A DNA stretch of 64,000 nucleotides from Paraspadella gotoi (taxonomy: Eukaryota; Animalia; Chaetognatha), in the NCBI GenBank assembly GCA_051294375.1, contig JBJCIZ010000239.1, positions 5,723,074 to 5,787,073 of the forward strand, given 5' to 3'. Under the pieces are notes generated by a model. It was not told the DNA's origin, searched no databases, and saw only the letters and a program-made list of their open reading frames with translations. This document shows, one piece after another, positions 36,746 through 50,300 of this stretch. Numbering within the stretch: position 1 is the stretch's first letter; each line of letters opens with the position of its first letter. The position numbers were made by a program, and so were the translations under genes.

Positions 36746-37420
36746 AAAAAAATTGGTGGTTTTGAGTTGGGCCGCGAGTACTCGCGAAACGACTCTCAAA
36801 GTCGCTTGGGTGTCGTTTGGGTTATGTATGTCGCTCTCTCCGTCGGGACTATTACCTATAAAATTTAAATAACTTTGGTAATACTATATAGTATATACTA
36901 TATAATTTTAGTTAGAATTAGTAAAAAAAATTCCGATGTACCATGAGATGCTTTACGCGGTCACGTGATCAGGAGATGCAAAAAGGAAATTGATTGAATA
37001 ATTTAACTAAACAATTTTTTTTTTAAATATGGCACAAATCGGGTACGAGATCGAAATGATCAACTCATAAAAATATGAGGATGAGTTTCGATTGTAATAA
37101 ATCTTCTTTTTTTTTTAATTCGACGGTTAATGGTTTTTGAAACGCATGTATGTATGTATGGATGTATCTGATATGATTGCGTAAATTAAAATCTTCAAAA
37201 AAGTTAAACAAATTAACGAATGACGACAAAATAACAAACGTATAATAAACAACGATGATGAACATTTTCCTGAGAACAACCATGAAAAATGGGCTGGTTA
37301 CACGGAACTCTTTTTGGAAAAAGGCGGTTCTTGTTTATATGACGAAACGTAACTGGAAGTAGGAAATGAGAGAGAGGATGAGAGAGACGAGAGAGATGAG
37401 GAGAGGACGGAGACGAGCAG

Positions 37421-37486
<66 letters not shown>

Positions 37487-37548
37487 CGAGAGAGAGAGAA
37501 AAAAAACCCGGCGTTGGTTCTGAATCAGAGCAAACAAAAGCCGGGGCT

Positions 37549-37614
<66 letters not shown>

Positions 37615-39049
37615 CGAGAGAGCGAGAGAGTCGACGCGGCTGCTTCTCGCACGATCGATCGGCTTCTGATATAGATTGAGTTTTTTTTTTCGCTAAAAAA
37701 AAAATGGTCGTATTTATATTTATATTCATGGTATTTCGATTGCATTTGATTGCATTTTGATATAAAATATTAATCAGATTATACTTGTTTTGTTAACTGT
37801 TGGCGTTTTAATGACGTTCGCCGATTTAAAATTTAACATTTAAATCTCATGGAAAAATTTTTTTCAGGTTCAATTTTTTTATAATCAATTTTTAAAATAA
37901 GAAAATTTTTCAATAACATTATTATCACAGACCTTAGACTCTTAGATTACGATGGCCATGAATTTTTATAGATAAATGATCGAAATAAACGTAAGACGAA
38001 TGACGTAATAAATTAAGAAAGAATAGAGATGAATACAGAAGAATTAATCGTTCTGAATAAATAAATAAATAAATAAATAAATAAAAAAATAAATAGAAAA
38101 ATAGATAAACAAATAAATAAACAAATAAATAAACAAATAAATAAACAAATAAATAAATAAATAAATAGATAAATAAAAAATGAATAAATAAATAAATAAA
38201 TAAAAAAAACAAATAAACAAACAAACAAATAAATAAATAAATAGATAAATATATAAACAAATAAATAAATAATTAAATAAATAAATAATTAAATAAATAA
38301 ATAAATAAATAATCAAAAGATCCATAAACAAAGGCTGTATTGACGAATCCACGCACATCAAAGGAAAAAAAAAACTGGTATTTTCTTATTCAAGAATGAC
38401 GCAATCGAGGACAGACGGACGGACGGACGGACGGACGGACCTTGCGTGACCAGGTGGCGTCGCATTCCCCCCGGTCAGTCGATGACTCTTTTTCGCGGAA
38501 GAAAACTAATTTCGTGGAGAAAAAAAAGAAAAAGAAAAAAAAAGAAAAAAATAATATCACGCGAAGAATTTTTGGAGTCGAAGAAAAAATTAGGAAATAA
38601 GGAAAGAAAACAAAGACAAAGACAAACAAATAAAACAAAAAAGTTTGTTTATATTATATTTAAAAAAAAACAAAAAAAAACAACTATCCATTAATTTAAT
38701 GATAATTATTCCTTAAACGCGGGATAAAAAACTAATAATCGCAGTACAAATAAATAAATAAATAAAAACAAGTGAATATTAAGTTATTAAACTAAGAACA
38801 AAATCATTAAAAAAAAAATAATTAAAAAAAAATTAGGGTGAAAGGGGTTTGTCAATTAATTAATTATGTGAATAACTACAAATTAATATGAATAAAACAA
38901 TGGAAAGAAGTCCGAGGTATAAAAATATTGCATAATGGGACAAAAGAACAGCGAAAAAGAAACATGAGAAGAGAAAGAGGAGGGGCGGTCCGGAGCGGAG
39001 ATAAAAAAATCCCAGAAATGCCTCATCGTAAAAAAAAAGGGGAAAAAAA

Positions 39050-39141
<92 letters not shown>

Positions 39142-39388
39142 AGGAAGGAGGATGACACTTTGATCTTTTTCCTTCTGTTTTGGTTTCGAAGGGACGAAAG
39201 AAAGCAGACGATGACAGAGACGATGACAGAGACGATGACAGAGACGAGAGATTTAAGGAGCGGAACGACAACGAAGAATAGAACGGAAGATTGAAACCGT
39301 TTTTTTTTAAAATTCGGAAAAAAATAGTCAATTTCTTGAAAATGATGTGGCGGATGTCGACGTAATATCGGTACCCATTCGATACGAC

Positions 39389-39468
39389 TTTTCCGTAATA
39401 GCGTAATGGGCTTACGCGTTCTTCTCTGTAAGCCTGATGGGACCCGGGTTATTAACCCTGGCTGGGAA
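39389..39468 (+). mobile_element. tRNA-derived sequence (SINE or LTR-borne), not a functional tRNA
   Basis: TTCCGTAATAGCGTAATGG...GACCCGGGTTATTAACCCTGGCTGGGAA gives degenerate A/B boxes and acceptor-like ends. Confidence 0.4.
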
Positions 39469-39582
39469 TCTTATTAGTATAACAATCGAGGGCTAGTTGA
39501 TTGAAAAAAGTTTTCTGTCAAATCGGTCAGCCCCTTTGTGATGTAAATGATATGAAGTAAATTTAATTTTTTATTATGATAC

Positions 39583-39726
39583 TGAAGAGCCTGTAACTAC
39601 GGTTATGTGTAAGTGACAGAATAGTTCATTATTAGCAGTCGCTGAGCATCGGATCAAGCTGTAACACCGTATTACAGGAGGGTTAAGCGCCTCTGATGAA
39701 AGGTTGGTGGATTTTAGTCCACCATA
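39583..39726 (+). mobile_element. Family-C element with the tRNA-like cassette deleted
   Basis: TGAAGAG start and GTCCACCATA end. GTTAAGCGCC is joined directly to CTGATGAA. Confidence 0.7.
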
Positions 39727-41230
39727 ACTAGGGGGAGCCTTACTCAGTAAGGTGGTTAAGAAATTTGAATAAATCACTTGCTCAAACGAAAATTTAAACA
39801 TTTTTACAAAAAATTGAATAGACAAAAAATTTTAATATTACACCTTACATTAATTTTTTAATATTTAGTTACAAATAGGAAAGGCTAAAACTTTTTTTTA
39901 GGATTTTTTTTATTTTTAAGATCAGATTCAGTTAGCTTGCAAAAAGTTGTTTTCACAAATTATAATTTTTTTTTGATCTTTCAATAATTTTATTCCTTTT
40001 TCTTAATTTTGATCCATAAAACAGTTCCGAGTGTAAACAATTTTTTTGGAGTCGCCCATGGTCGATGGTTGTCTTTATTGACGTGTTCCACCCAAAAGAA
40101 AAATATGATTGCTCTCGGATTGTAATTGTAATTGTAAATTAACATAAAAAAAATGGTCATGAGATTAAATTCAGTTAAATCCTCGTGTGTTTTTTTTTTC
40201 CAACAGAATTCTATCTCGAGGCAAAAAAATAACAAATGTTTAATTTGTTTATAGAAATTCATTAAAAATTTACCCCAAAAAAAATATATTTTTTTTTCTT
40301 CTGAAAATAAGGGATTCCAGTTTCGATTCGGGGTCGCAACTCGCGGGTCTACGCGTCCGACAACCTGTTTTTTTTGTATTTTTAATTTCCTCGTGAAGTT
40401 ACTTTGGTGTCGATATTGGTCCGTCTGTCCGTCTGATTATTCTTTTTACATTAATGAATAACTAACCGTTTATTTGATAGATGAGAAATATGCCAAGAGA
40501 GTTTGGTACTCGTGCGCACTCTGAACTCGCGTAATAACTCGGAAAGAAACATTAAACTATCATCGTTATCTTTTTTTTAAAACAATTTTCAAACTGAAGT
40601 GAGTAAAAGAAAACAAAAGATCTTTCCAATAATTAACGCGACCTCTAGGAAATTTTTGTCTCTTTTGTTTCTGATCCGAAATCAGCTTCAATATAGCGTG
40701 GAAGTCTTTTTTTCGTTTTTAGATCCTTGAGATTCGAGTCCCTCGCAAAATTAATTTTTGAAAATTCATTTAATTAATTTTTTTTTCTCATATATTTTCG
40801 TCGGTTTTTTTTGTTCTCTTTTGATTAACGGTAATAAAATGAAAAGTTCCACGCATGAAATTTAAAAACTACGAGCGAAGAATATCCTGCTTCTTCTAAG
40901 CAAAAAAAAAAAGCGACTGCGTAAAAAATACTAAGAAGGTCCACCGAATATTTTCCCTTTTAAAAGTATGTTTGGTTTGTCGCCTCGCTCTTGTTTGAGG
41001 ATCAAATATTCAATTCTTTGACGCGAATAATTGAACTTAAGAACATTTTGTTTTATTCGACAGTTTATGAAATTACAAGCTTAGCAAGTGCTCAAATGAA
41101 TTTCATTTAACCAGTGAAATTATTTTTTTATTAAAAAAAAAATTAATTTTAATGTTTCTCATCGGAAAAAAACTTATGTGCAGTTTAAATGATTTGTGAA
41201 AAAAGCATGAGAGAGAGAGCTGAGAGAGAG

Positions 41231-41284
<54 letters not shown>

Positions 41285-41514
41285 TGTCTAAGATAAAGTT
41301 AATGTAGAAAAGAGAGAGAGAAAGCTGAAAGAGAGGGAGAGAGAAAGAAAGAGAGATTAACCAGAGAGAGAGAGAGAAGACGAGAGAGAGGCAGAGAGAA
41401 GAGAGGAGAGAGAGAGCTGAGAAGAAAGAGAGATGCTGCCTAAGATAAAGTTAATGTAGAAAAGAGAGAGAGAAAGCCGAAAGAGAGGGAGAGAGAAAGA
41501 AAGAGAGATTAACA

Positions 41515-44500
41515 TCAAGTTCCATCCCGACGCCTCTCCACTTCCCCCACGACGGAGATCAACGCCTCCGGCTTCAGCCAATGACGGGATCGTCCCCCAA
41601 CGCTGCGCCGTCGTGCAGAGAAGCGTCAGGGAGGCGGCGCGGGCGTTCCTAACACCCACGCCTTCCAAGATGGCGTCCTTAGATAGAGGGCGGCGCCGCT
41701 GGTGGCGCTACAGTAGGTCGAGACCTCCCCGATCGATGGATAACGACAATCGAAAGTCGGTCTGAAAAAAAAACAAGTTTGAGCAAACAATGTCGAATCT
41801 GCCTACGATAATTTCGCGGTAATCAGTTAAACAGATGATAATCACGATAATTCTTTGTGATCTCTACAGATCATAACAGATCATAACAAAACAAATCATA
41901 ACAGACTTATTAATAAATCGATGAAAATATCTATCAATCAATTGAACAATAAGTAAAAGAACCTGTGGCTGCGCTTTTAGCGGATTAGACTGAACTTTTA
42001 CTGCAGCACAATTAATATTTTATAATTTAAAAAAATATTTTATCAATAAATATAATATTTTAAACATTTTGTTCATTATTTTTTCTTGCATAATTTTTTT
42101 TTAATTTACAAAATTTTTTTTAACTTGCATTATTTTTTCAACTTATTCAGCCAATCCATCATTTTATCTCAGTGAGAGAGAGAAACATTAAAATTTTAAA
42201 AAAATTCAAGTAAAAGTAATGTTTGCTTTTTTCAATTTAAACTCATTTCCAATGGCACGATTCCATCAAAACTTCAGTTCAATCAGTTCAATCACCTACT
42301 TTCCCACACGCACACTAAATTTAATCTCTATCCATTTATCTAATTATGAGTAATTAGAGTAATTATGAAGTAATATAAGCAAAAAGATTTAAGTAAACCT
42401 GACTTATGATTTTTTCCATTTAAACTCATTTCCACTAGTACGATTCCATCAAAACTTTATATCCAGCTCAATCACACAGGTTCCTACCCAACCACAAAAT
42501 TTCATTCCAATCCAACCATCCAATCACAAGTAATTGGAGTTATTTGCTAGGGTGGGACAGACGGACTGAAGAGAAAAGGCCGGGACCGACGGAGATGGCC
42601 AGATTTGACCCGTTCGACCGATTGACCGATCGACCGGACCGGGACTGACCTGACTCTCTCTCCTCTCTCCCTTTCCCTCTCTCTCTTTTTTTCTATCTCT
42701 CTCCAAACCTTACCTGGACAGACTTTGACAAAACCAAGATCTGTGGATAAGGCGCTACGTGGGCTGAAGAAGACTATCCGTAACTTCTATAACCCCCTCT
42801 AGCAGCCATGGAACGGGTCCCTGGGCTTGGAACCAGGCTTGAGGGTTTGCCATGCCCCCAAGGCGGCTTACGGCCGTCCTCACGCTTCCCGCAGGGTAGG
42901 TACCGGGTTGGGATTGAACCTGGTACCTAGTGGTCATGAGCTGATGGCTGATTCTAGGCGGGGTGAACCTAGGCAATGCCCGACTACAGATCAGATTCAC
43001 TGGATCACTCTCTAGAACGCAAACTACTTTCTTACAAAGTTTTCTACTACGTTGTTACTGAAGATTCCTGATTCCTGATTTCTCTACGACATTTGATTCC
43101 TCTTTGATTGATCTCAATTTTTTCTACGGATTTCGTCTCGTCTTTTACAATTTATTATTTACATTTCGAGCTTCAGTTACATAAAACGTTTTGGGATTCT
43201 TTTCGTCAAGACTAAGTTGCGGCCAAGTGGACCATTCTCACCTCAAGAGGCGCAGAGAGTCAAGCTTCTCTACACGGACGGACATCTTTTTTTTTTTTTT
43301 TGCATAATTTATCATAATTCGATATTCTGACAAGAAATAAATTAATGACCGACAATATTGAGGATGTGGACCGACGGACCGACAAAGTGGATTATAGAGC
43401 CGACTAAAAAAATAAAATCAATTAAAGTTAAATACCTACTTCCATTGTTGATACAATTGGATCAAAAAATAAAATAACACAATCTTAAAAGTATAATAGT
43501 AGTTAAACAACATCATTGCAACTTTCAAAAATAGGAAGATCATGAAATCTATGTACCAGATACACAAACGAATGGAACAAAACAACTTTTTTGCTCAAAT
43601 TTTAAATCTTTTTGATTAATAGAATTAAAGTCAAAACAAAGGAGAACTTTATATTAGTCAGTCTCTGTCAGTCGTAGAGAATTGTTTTAACACCAGTAAA
43701 TATTGTTATCGATATATGGCATCTATCATATATCATCAATTCATCATTATGATAAAGATCACACACTTTACACTCTTGCTTTTTATGTCCCCAGACGTCT
43801 AAAAAACTAAAACCTTATTAAAAAAAAAAAAAACAACACAATTTTTTTCCCCTTTTCAACCTGGATAAGGTAAATACGGCCTCGTTGCTTGGCAACACCA
43901 TCGCGGCGTCCTCCAATCGCGGCCCGAGATTCGGCAACGGACGCAGTGACACGAGATCCACGTCGCAAGGAAACGGCGTCGCGCGTTTCACCGTCAACGC
44001 CGCCGGCGTCTTAGTATCGGCCTGGTCAGGGATTATTAGGTTATTAGGGTTATGGTTTTAAATCCAAAATTGAGAATTAGGGTTTGGATCATAAAGTAGG
44101 TGAGGGTTAGAATAGATATAGATTAGGATTTAAAAAAATAGGGTTAAATCTAAGGGATTATGGTCCAGAAAAGGGCGCTTTTTTTTAAAAAAAAAAGAGA
44201 GAGCCGCAAATAGAACGTACGAACATTTTCTTTTGATTGATTGACTTAATTGATTGATTGTTTTATTGATTTGGTTATTTTACTGATTCGATTTGATCAG
44301 ATTTATTTACTGATTCGATTTGATCAGATTTATTTACTGATTAGAATCTATCAGATTTATTTACTGATTCAATTTTATCAGGTTTTGTTACTGATTTGAT
44401 TTGATCAGATTTATTTACTGATTCGATTCGATGAGATTTATTTACTGATTCGATTCGATGAGATTTATTTAGTGATTCCATTCGATGAGATTTATTTACT

Positions 44501-45647
44501 GATTCGATTTGATCAGATTTATTTACTGATTCGATTCCATCAGATTTATTTACTGATTCAAATTGATCAGATTTATTTATCGATGGATCGACATCAAAAC
44601 AGCTTCCTGTTCACCGCGCGTTTTGCAGTAAAGAAAACTTCCACGGGCGAATTGAGGCGTCGACGGAGTTGATGAGCGCCGACAGAAAGGAGCGGAATCG
44701 CTGGAGCCTTTGTCTCATCCCTTCCGCGCTCCTCCAAGGACAAGTCGTACCGAAGAGTCGAGAGAACATTGTCCTCGACGCCCTCTCCCATCCCGCGGGA
44801 GTCGTCGTTATGCAGGCGCCGATCCTGCATCACCTCCAGGCTGCCGTTGTGCTGCGACGAGGCGCCCTGAGGCTGCGCGGACAGCAGCGTCAAGCGTCTT
44901 CTGCCGCGGGCGCTGATTTGATCTTCAATGAACGCCGCCGATGACATCGGGTAAAAGTTGGCCTGGATGGAAAGCCACAGACCGAAGTTGAAATTATAAA
45001 AAGACCGTTTCATCCAATGTGTTGCGCCGCAGTGACTTTATTTTTATGTGTATTTCTTGTGAAAAGACATGACATGACGTGACATGACATGACTACAATA
45101 ACTTTTTTTGCCTGTGTTTTTATGACACGCACTGCATCAGAATTTCATTTTTTATTTGTTATAGTTTTAGGATTAGGCGTTTAATGCTAAGGGGGAATGG
45201 ACAGACGGACGGACGGCTGGACGGGCGGACTGATGGAAGGACGGACAAGACTTCATTTTTTTGCAGTATTTATCATAATTCGAGTTATTGATATGATAAA
45301 AATGATTTACCGACAAGATTTTTGGGTGGGACCTAGACGAACCCGACAAAGTGAATTATAGAGTCGGAATCTGCTGATAAGCAGATCCGACTAAAAATTT
45401 TTTAAAAAAAAAAAAAAACGTTTTCACTTCTCCCAACGCACAATTTACTGACCTGAATCGGGAGTTTGGCCAATCGTCGTCGCCTCATCATCGCCAGGAC
45501 CTTGGCGTCAGTGAAAAAGTGGGAGCCAGAGTCGATATCTGTATCGATGCGCATCACGGGCTCGAGATTGGTGAATCTCTGTATGAAGTTAAAGTCTTTA
45601 ACTCCAATATAATAAATAATAATAATTAATAATAATAATATAATAAT

Positions 45648-45683
<36 letters not shown>

Positions 45684-47283
45684 AAATAATAATAATAATA
45701 ATAATAATATTATAATAATAATATAATAATAATATTTATATAAATATTAATTTAATTTTATAATATAATATAATAATATTAATATATATATAATAATAAT
45801 AATAATTTTTATAAATTATATTAATGTACCCAAATATACTAATTTACTACTAGCTGCTATTTTTTTTTAATAAGATTAGTTTGTTTTTTATTAAAAATAT
45901 GTCTAGGGTTTAAATTAATTTAATGTCAATGTTATACAAAGTTTTATATTTTAAAAAAGATTTATAGTTTAAAAATTTATTCCTTAAAATATTCAATTTT
46001 TTTAATTTAAGAATTAAATTTAATTTAATTTATTATCAATTTGTTTGAATTTATTGTAAATAATGTTTCTCTTCTTAATTTTAGCAAATTAGATCATAAA
46101 ATTGTCTGCTATATTTCTGTTTTAAAGCTATTTTCGTTAATTAAAAATTGCCTACTTTTATTCAGTTAACTACTAGGTAAACAAACAAAAAATTGTCTAT
46201 TACCTATAAGAAAATATCTTTACCTAAGTTCTATCTTCCAACCTCTTTCTTTTGTTATCATTCTATCCAACCATCCTTCTCTCCCACTATCTTTTTATCC
46301 TTCAACCCTAACAAACCCTTTGAGCAAAACGCGGTTGGTGATGCGAAGGGATCGACGCAACACAGAGTCTTCGCAGGATTGAGGCGATAAAGAGGACAGC
46401 TCGCCGTCCACCCTCCGCCCTCCCACCATTTCTACAAAGTGCTCGATCATGGGAAACACGACTCTGACCGTCGTCACCAATGGACCCGCAATGATCACGG
46501 CCATCAGCGGTGAAGAACTTTTATTTGCAAGGCCCGAAGGTTGGAATAGATACGCGCCGCCTCTGACTGACGGATACCACAAAAACCTATAAGAGATAAA
46601 CTTCTCAACTTTTGTCTGTCTGTCTGTTTGTCCGTCCGTCCGTCCGTCCGTCCCACCTTAGCAAAAAACACCAATTAATTGTGATTGGATCGATGGATTA
46701 GAATTAGATTTTGTGTGTGGGTAGGGAAGTGTGTGATTGATCCGGATATGAAGTTTCGATGGAATCGTGCGAGTGGAAATGAGTTTAAATGGGAAAAACA
46801 AAAAAATATATTTCACTATTTGAATGCCAATTACTCGTGAGTGGATGCGGCGATTGACTTGATATTTTGTATATGGGTAGGAGAGTGTGTGATTAAGCTG
46901 AAAATCAATTTTTGATGGAATCGTCTGAGTGGAAATGAGTTTAAATGGAAAAAGCAAAAAACCTGTTTCACTAATTAATTATGCCTTTTTTCCTTTTATA
47001 ATAAGTGTAAATGCAAGATGTATTAATTAATCAAATATTAGTCAGTTTATTAATCAATTAGTCAATTAATTAATCAATAATTTATTAATCAGTCAATTAA
47101 TCAATCAGTTAATTATTCAATCAATCAATTTATTTATATATTAATTAATTATTCAATCAATCAATTTATTTATTAATTAATTAATTATTTAATCAATCAA
47201 TCAAGTCAATCGTTATCGGCATTATTGTCATCGTCGCCATCATCGTTGCTTTTGTCGGGTCAAGAGCGTTTATATTGTTTGGT

Positions 47284-47333
<50 letters not shown>

Positions 47334-50300
47334 AAACGAAATAAAAACATGATGTTGCGATTGCAAAATGATAACATGCACAAATGCGATGCCTAATTTT
47401 ACGAGTTGCAAAATGATGCAAAATGATGCAAGTTGAAAAAATGAAGCGAATTGTAAAAATAATGCAAATTTAAAAAATTATGTGAGTTGAAAAAATGATG
47501 TGTGGAAAAAATGATGCGAGTTGAAAAATTCATGCGAGTTGAAAAAATGATGCGAGTTAAAAAAATTTTTACAAAAATTGTGATTTATCATCTGATTAGC
47601 TGATTACCGCTTAATTATCGTAGGCAGATCCGACATTGTTTGCTCAAACTTGTTATAAAAATTTTATTAAGTTTTAGATTTAAAAAAAAAAAAATTCAAA
47701 TCATTTTAGTTACGTTATGGGATTGTTCGTGTAGTCTTCTAGAAATAGAAGGAGCATCTTTATAGGTTGTTTATGCTCATTGTATATCTGTAGTATATAA
47801 ATTAACATTCTGTTACTGCAATTTACGATCTCTTTCAGTAGTAATTAATATTTTGTATTCGTCAAGTAGGTATATTAATTAGTTCAGCTAAGTGTGCTAT
47901 TATTCAGGAACCCGGGATTACTCCCTCTTACAAACCCTATTTGCGCCACGAGATTCGACCGTCCCTCCGACGTCGCTACGATCATTCGTCTCAACAGCCC
48001 CCGGGGCCAGTCGAATTCGGCCGCTAGACAACCGTTGGTCAGCGTGATGCGGCTTCTGACGGGCCAACGGTTCAGGGATATGGGAAACTCGGTTGATTTA
48101 TTTGTGAGTTTTTCGTGGCCGACATCGTTTAAAACGGTAAGAGCAGCTAAGTGAAACTTGGAAACGTTCTCTCTCGATGAGGACGTGATAATGGAATGAA
48201 TGTACAGCCTCTTTATTTCAAAAGGTTCCATCTCTGCTTCGAAGACCAACTCATAGAGACCCGCCTGAGGTTTCCCTAGATTTGACCAGACCGGGTCGAT
48301 CTGGTGGCGCAAGATCTTCGCCGTCGTCTTAACTTCGACGTCAAACCGATTGATCCGCAGTCGAATTATCTCCCGTCGTGCAAAGGGAAGCGCGTTGGCC
48401 AATATGATAACAGTAATAGAGGGAGCCAAGCCTCGGATGTCCACGATGACGGGTTCCACTCCCACCGACTTTTGATTGGCCAAAAGGGTCACTCGAAGCG
48501 GCTCATCAACATCGCCTCCTTCCCGAAAAGTCCTTGATTCCATAAGCGACCAAACGGCCCCCACCAGCGCCCTCTGCGCCTTGACGAAACCTTCACAAAG
48601 GCGTCGCGCAATGTCGGCGGCATTGTGTTCCTTGGAAGTGCCGGTAACATCGTCGTGGTGTTGGAAAAGGGCGAGCTCTTGATGGGCGGAGCGGAGATCT
48701 TGAAATTCGCGGACCTGTGGTCGGGTAATGCAGCCAGTTCACCCCGCCCTTAAGCATGACACCTTCGGTTATGACCCCGATTGTTTATTGAGTAAATCTC
48801 ATAAGGTACCGGCATCGATACCCAAAGGTAACTAACTACCCAATGGGAAGCGTGAGGACACCCGGAATCCAACCAAGCCTGGTTCCAAGCCCAGGATATA
48901 TGTTCCTTTACTGGTGACTGGTGAGGGTCGTTAAGCGAGTTAAGGATGATTTATCCATGTGTGGCAGCAAGACTTAAAGCTGCCTCACTGCTGTCCGTCC
49001 TCAGCCTCGTCTCAATGGCTGAGCAGGCTAAATCATCTCATTCCATCCGTGCATCCCGGGTTCAATCCCTGGGTATCCCGGTTCTGGCTTAAATGTGACG
49101 GTGCCGGTATAAACATGCCAGTGACAGGAGGCGGTCACTGAGGGTCCGCAGCCCCTACGCCAGTTGGTGAGATACCCCGCGCCCCGGGTATCACAGGCTA
49201 TCCTCCCGTTGCCATACATGTACCTTTTTGTCACGGCGTGAGGGAGGACCGTCGCGGGCGCCGGCAGCGAGAGTGAAGAATACATCGGCTGCGCGGAGGA
49301 GGGACTCGAGGCGGCGGCCGAGGACTTTCCAAGCCATTCGGGAAGTGAAGTAGCTGCGGAAGAAGAATGGCCTTTTTTTTTTTTACAAAAATGCCTCATT
49401 TCGTCTTTAATTTAGATTTAGTTCTTCAGCATTAACCTTAAAAGGCTAAGGATTTAATTAAAGATTTGGTTAGGGATAGGTTAAGAGTAGGGGGAAGTGA
49501 AAGTTTAGTTTAGTTTAGCAGTTATATCTTGAAAACTATCCTATTGGTGAATACTAATCTGTAATTATTTTTTTTTTTACAAATATGGTAGCCTGGTCAG
49601 CTTATTTTATATATAGTATATTATTACCCTTATATAATATTAAAATTTCAAAATAGTTTATTTTTAAATTCTAAGAACAGATTCAGATTCCTTGTTAAAA
49701 GTTGATAAAGGAAAATATAAATCTTTTTCAAAAATTATGTCATTAAAAAGGTTAAAATTACAAAAAACTATATTTTGAAACTAAAAATTGAAAATCGGAG
49801 TCTTAAATATAGTTTTTTACATTTTTGACCAACTTAATGAAAAATTTTTTAAAAAAGAATTATACTTTCTTTTATCAACTTTTTGCAAGAAATCCAAATC
49901 CGATCTTAAATTTAAAAAAATTGTATTTTAAAATTTTAGCTTATTATACAGGGTTCGGACTTAAAACTTACCCCCATAAGAAAAATTATTATTTACTTTA
50001 ATTATTTGTACTTAATGATATATCTGAAAAATTTAGTTTTATCAATTATTTGATTGGTCATTTTAGTACATGTTTACCTTATGTCAGCTACTCGTTTATG
50101 AAGTATACCTTACTTAGGACCCTTCCAAAGATGAGTAGACGATATGAAAAATTCTTTACATTTTTGCTACCATTGTATATTCAATAATGGGTCAAGATTG
50201 ATGTAATTCCGGTTACAAGTACTGTTGAGTGTTACATTTAATTCGCCCCATACTGCAATACCCAAATGATTTTAGATTTTGCATTATATGGGGCATAATG

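Noticed and set aside
41515-41690. Frameshifts in the last mannosidase exon suggesting a pseudogene or recoding
   Set aside because: Several 1-2 nt indels lie in a noisy region beside (GA)n while all upstream catalytic motifs are intact, so assembly error is more likely.
44022-44614. TGAACAG/TGACCAG as a 7-bp TSD making another TE intron
   Set aside because: That junction breaks the reading frame, while a canonical phase-0 GT donor at 44614 fits.
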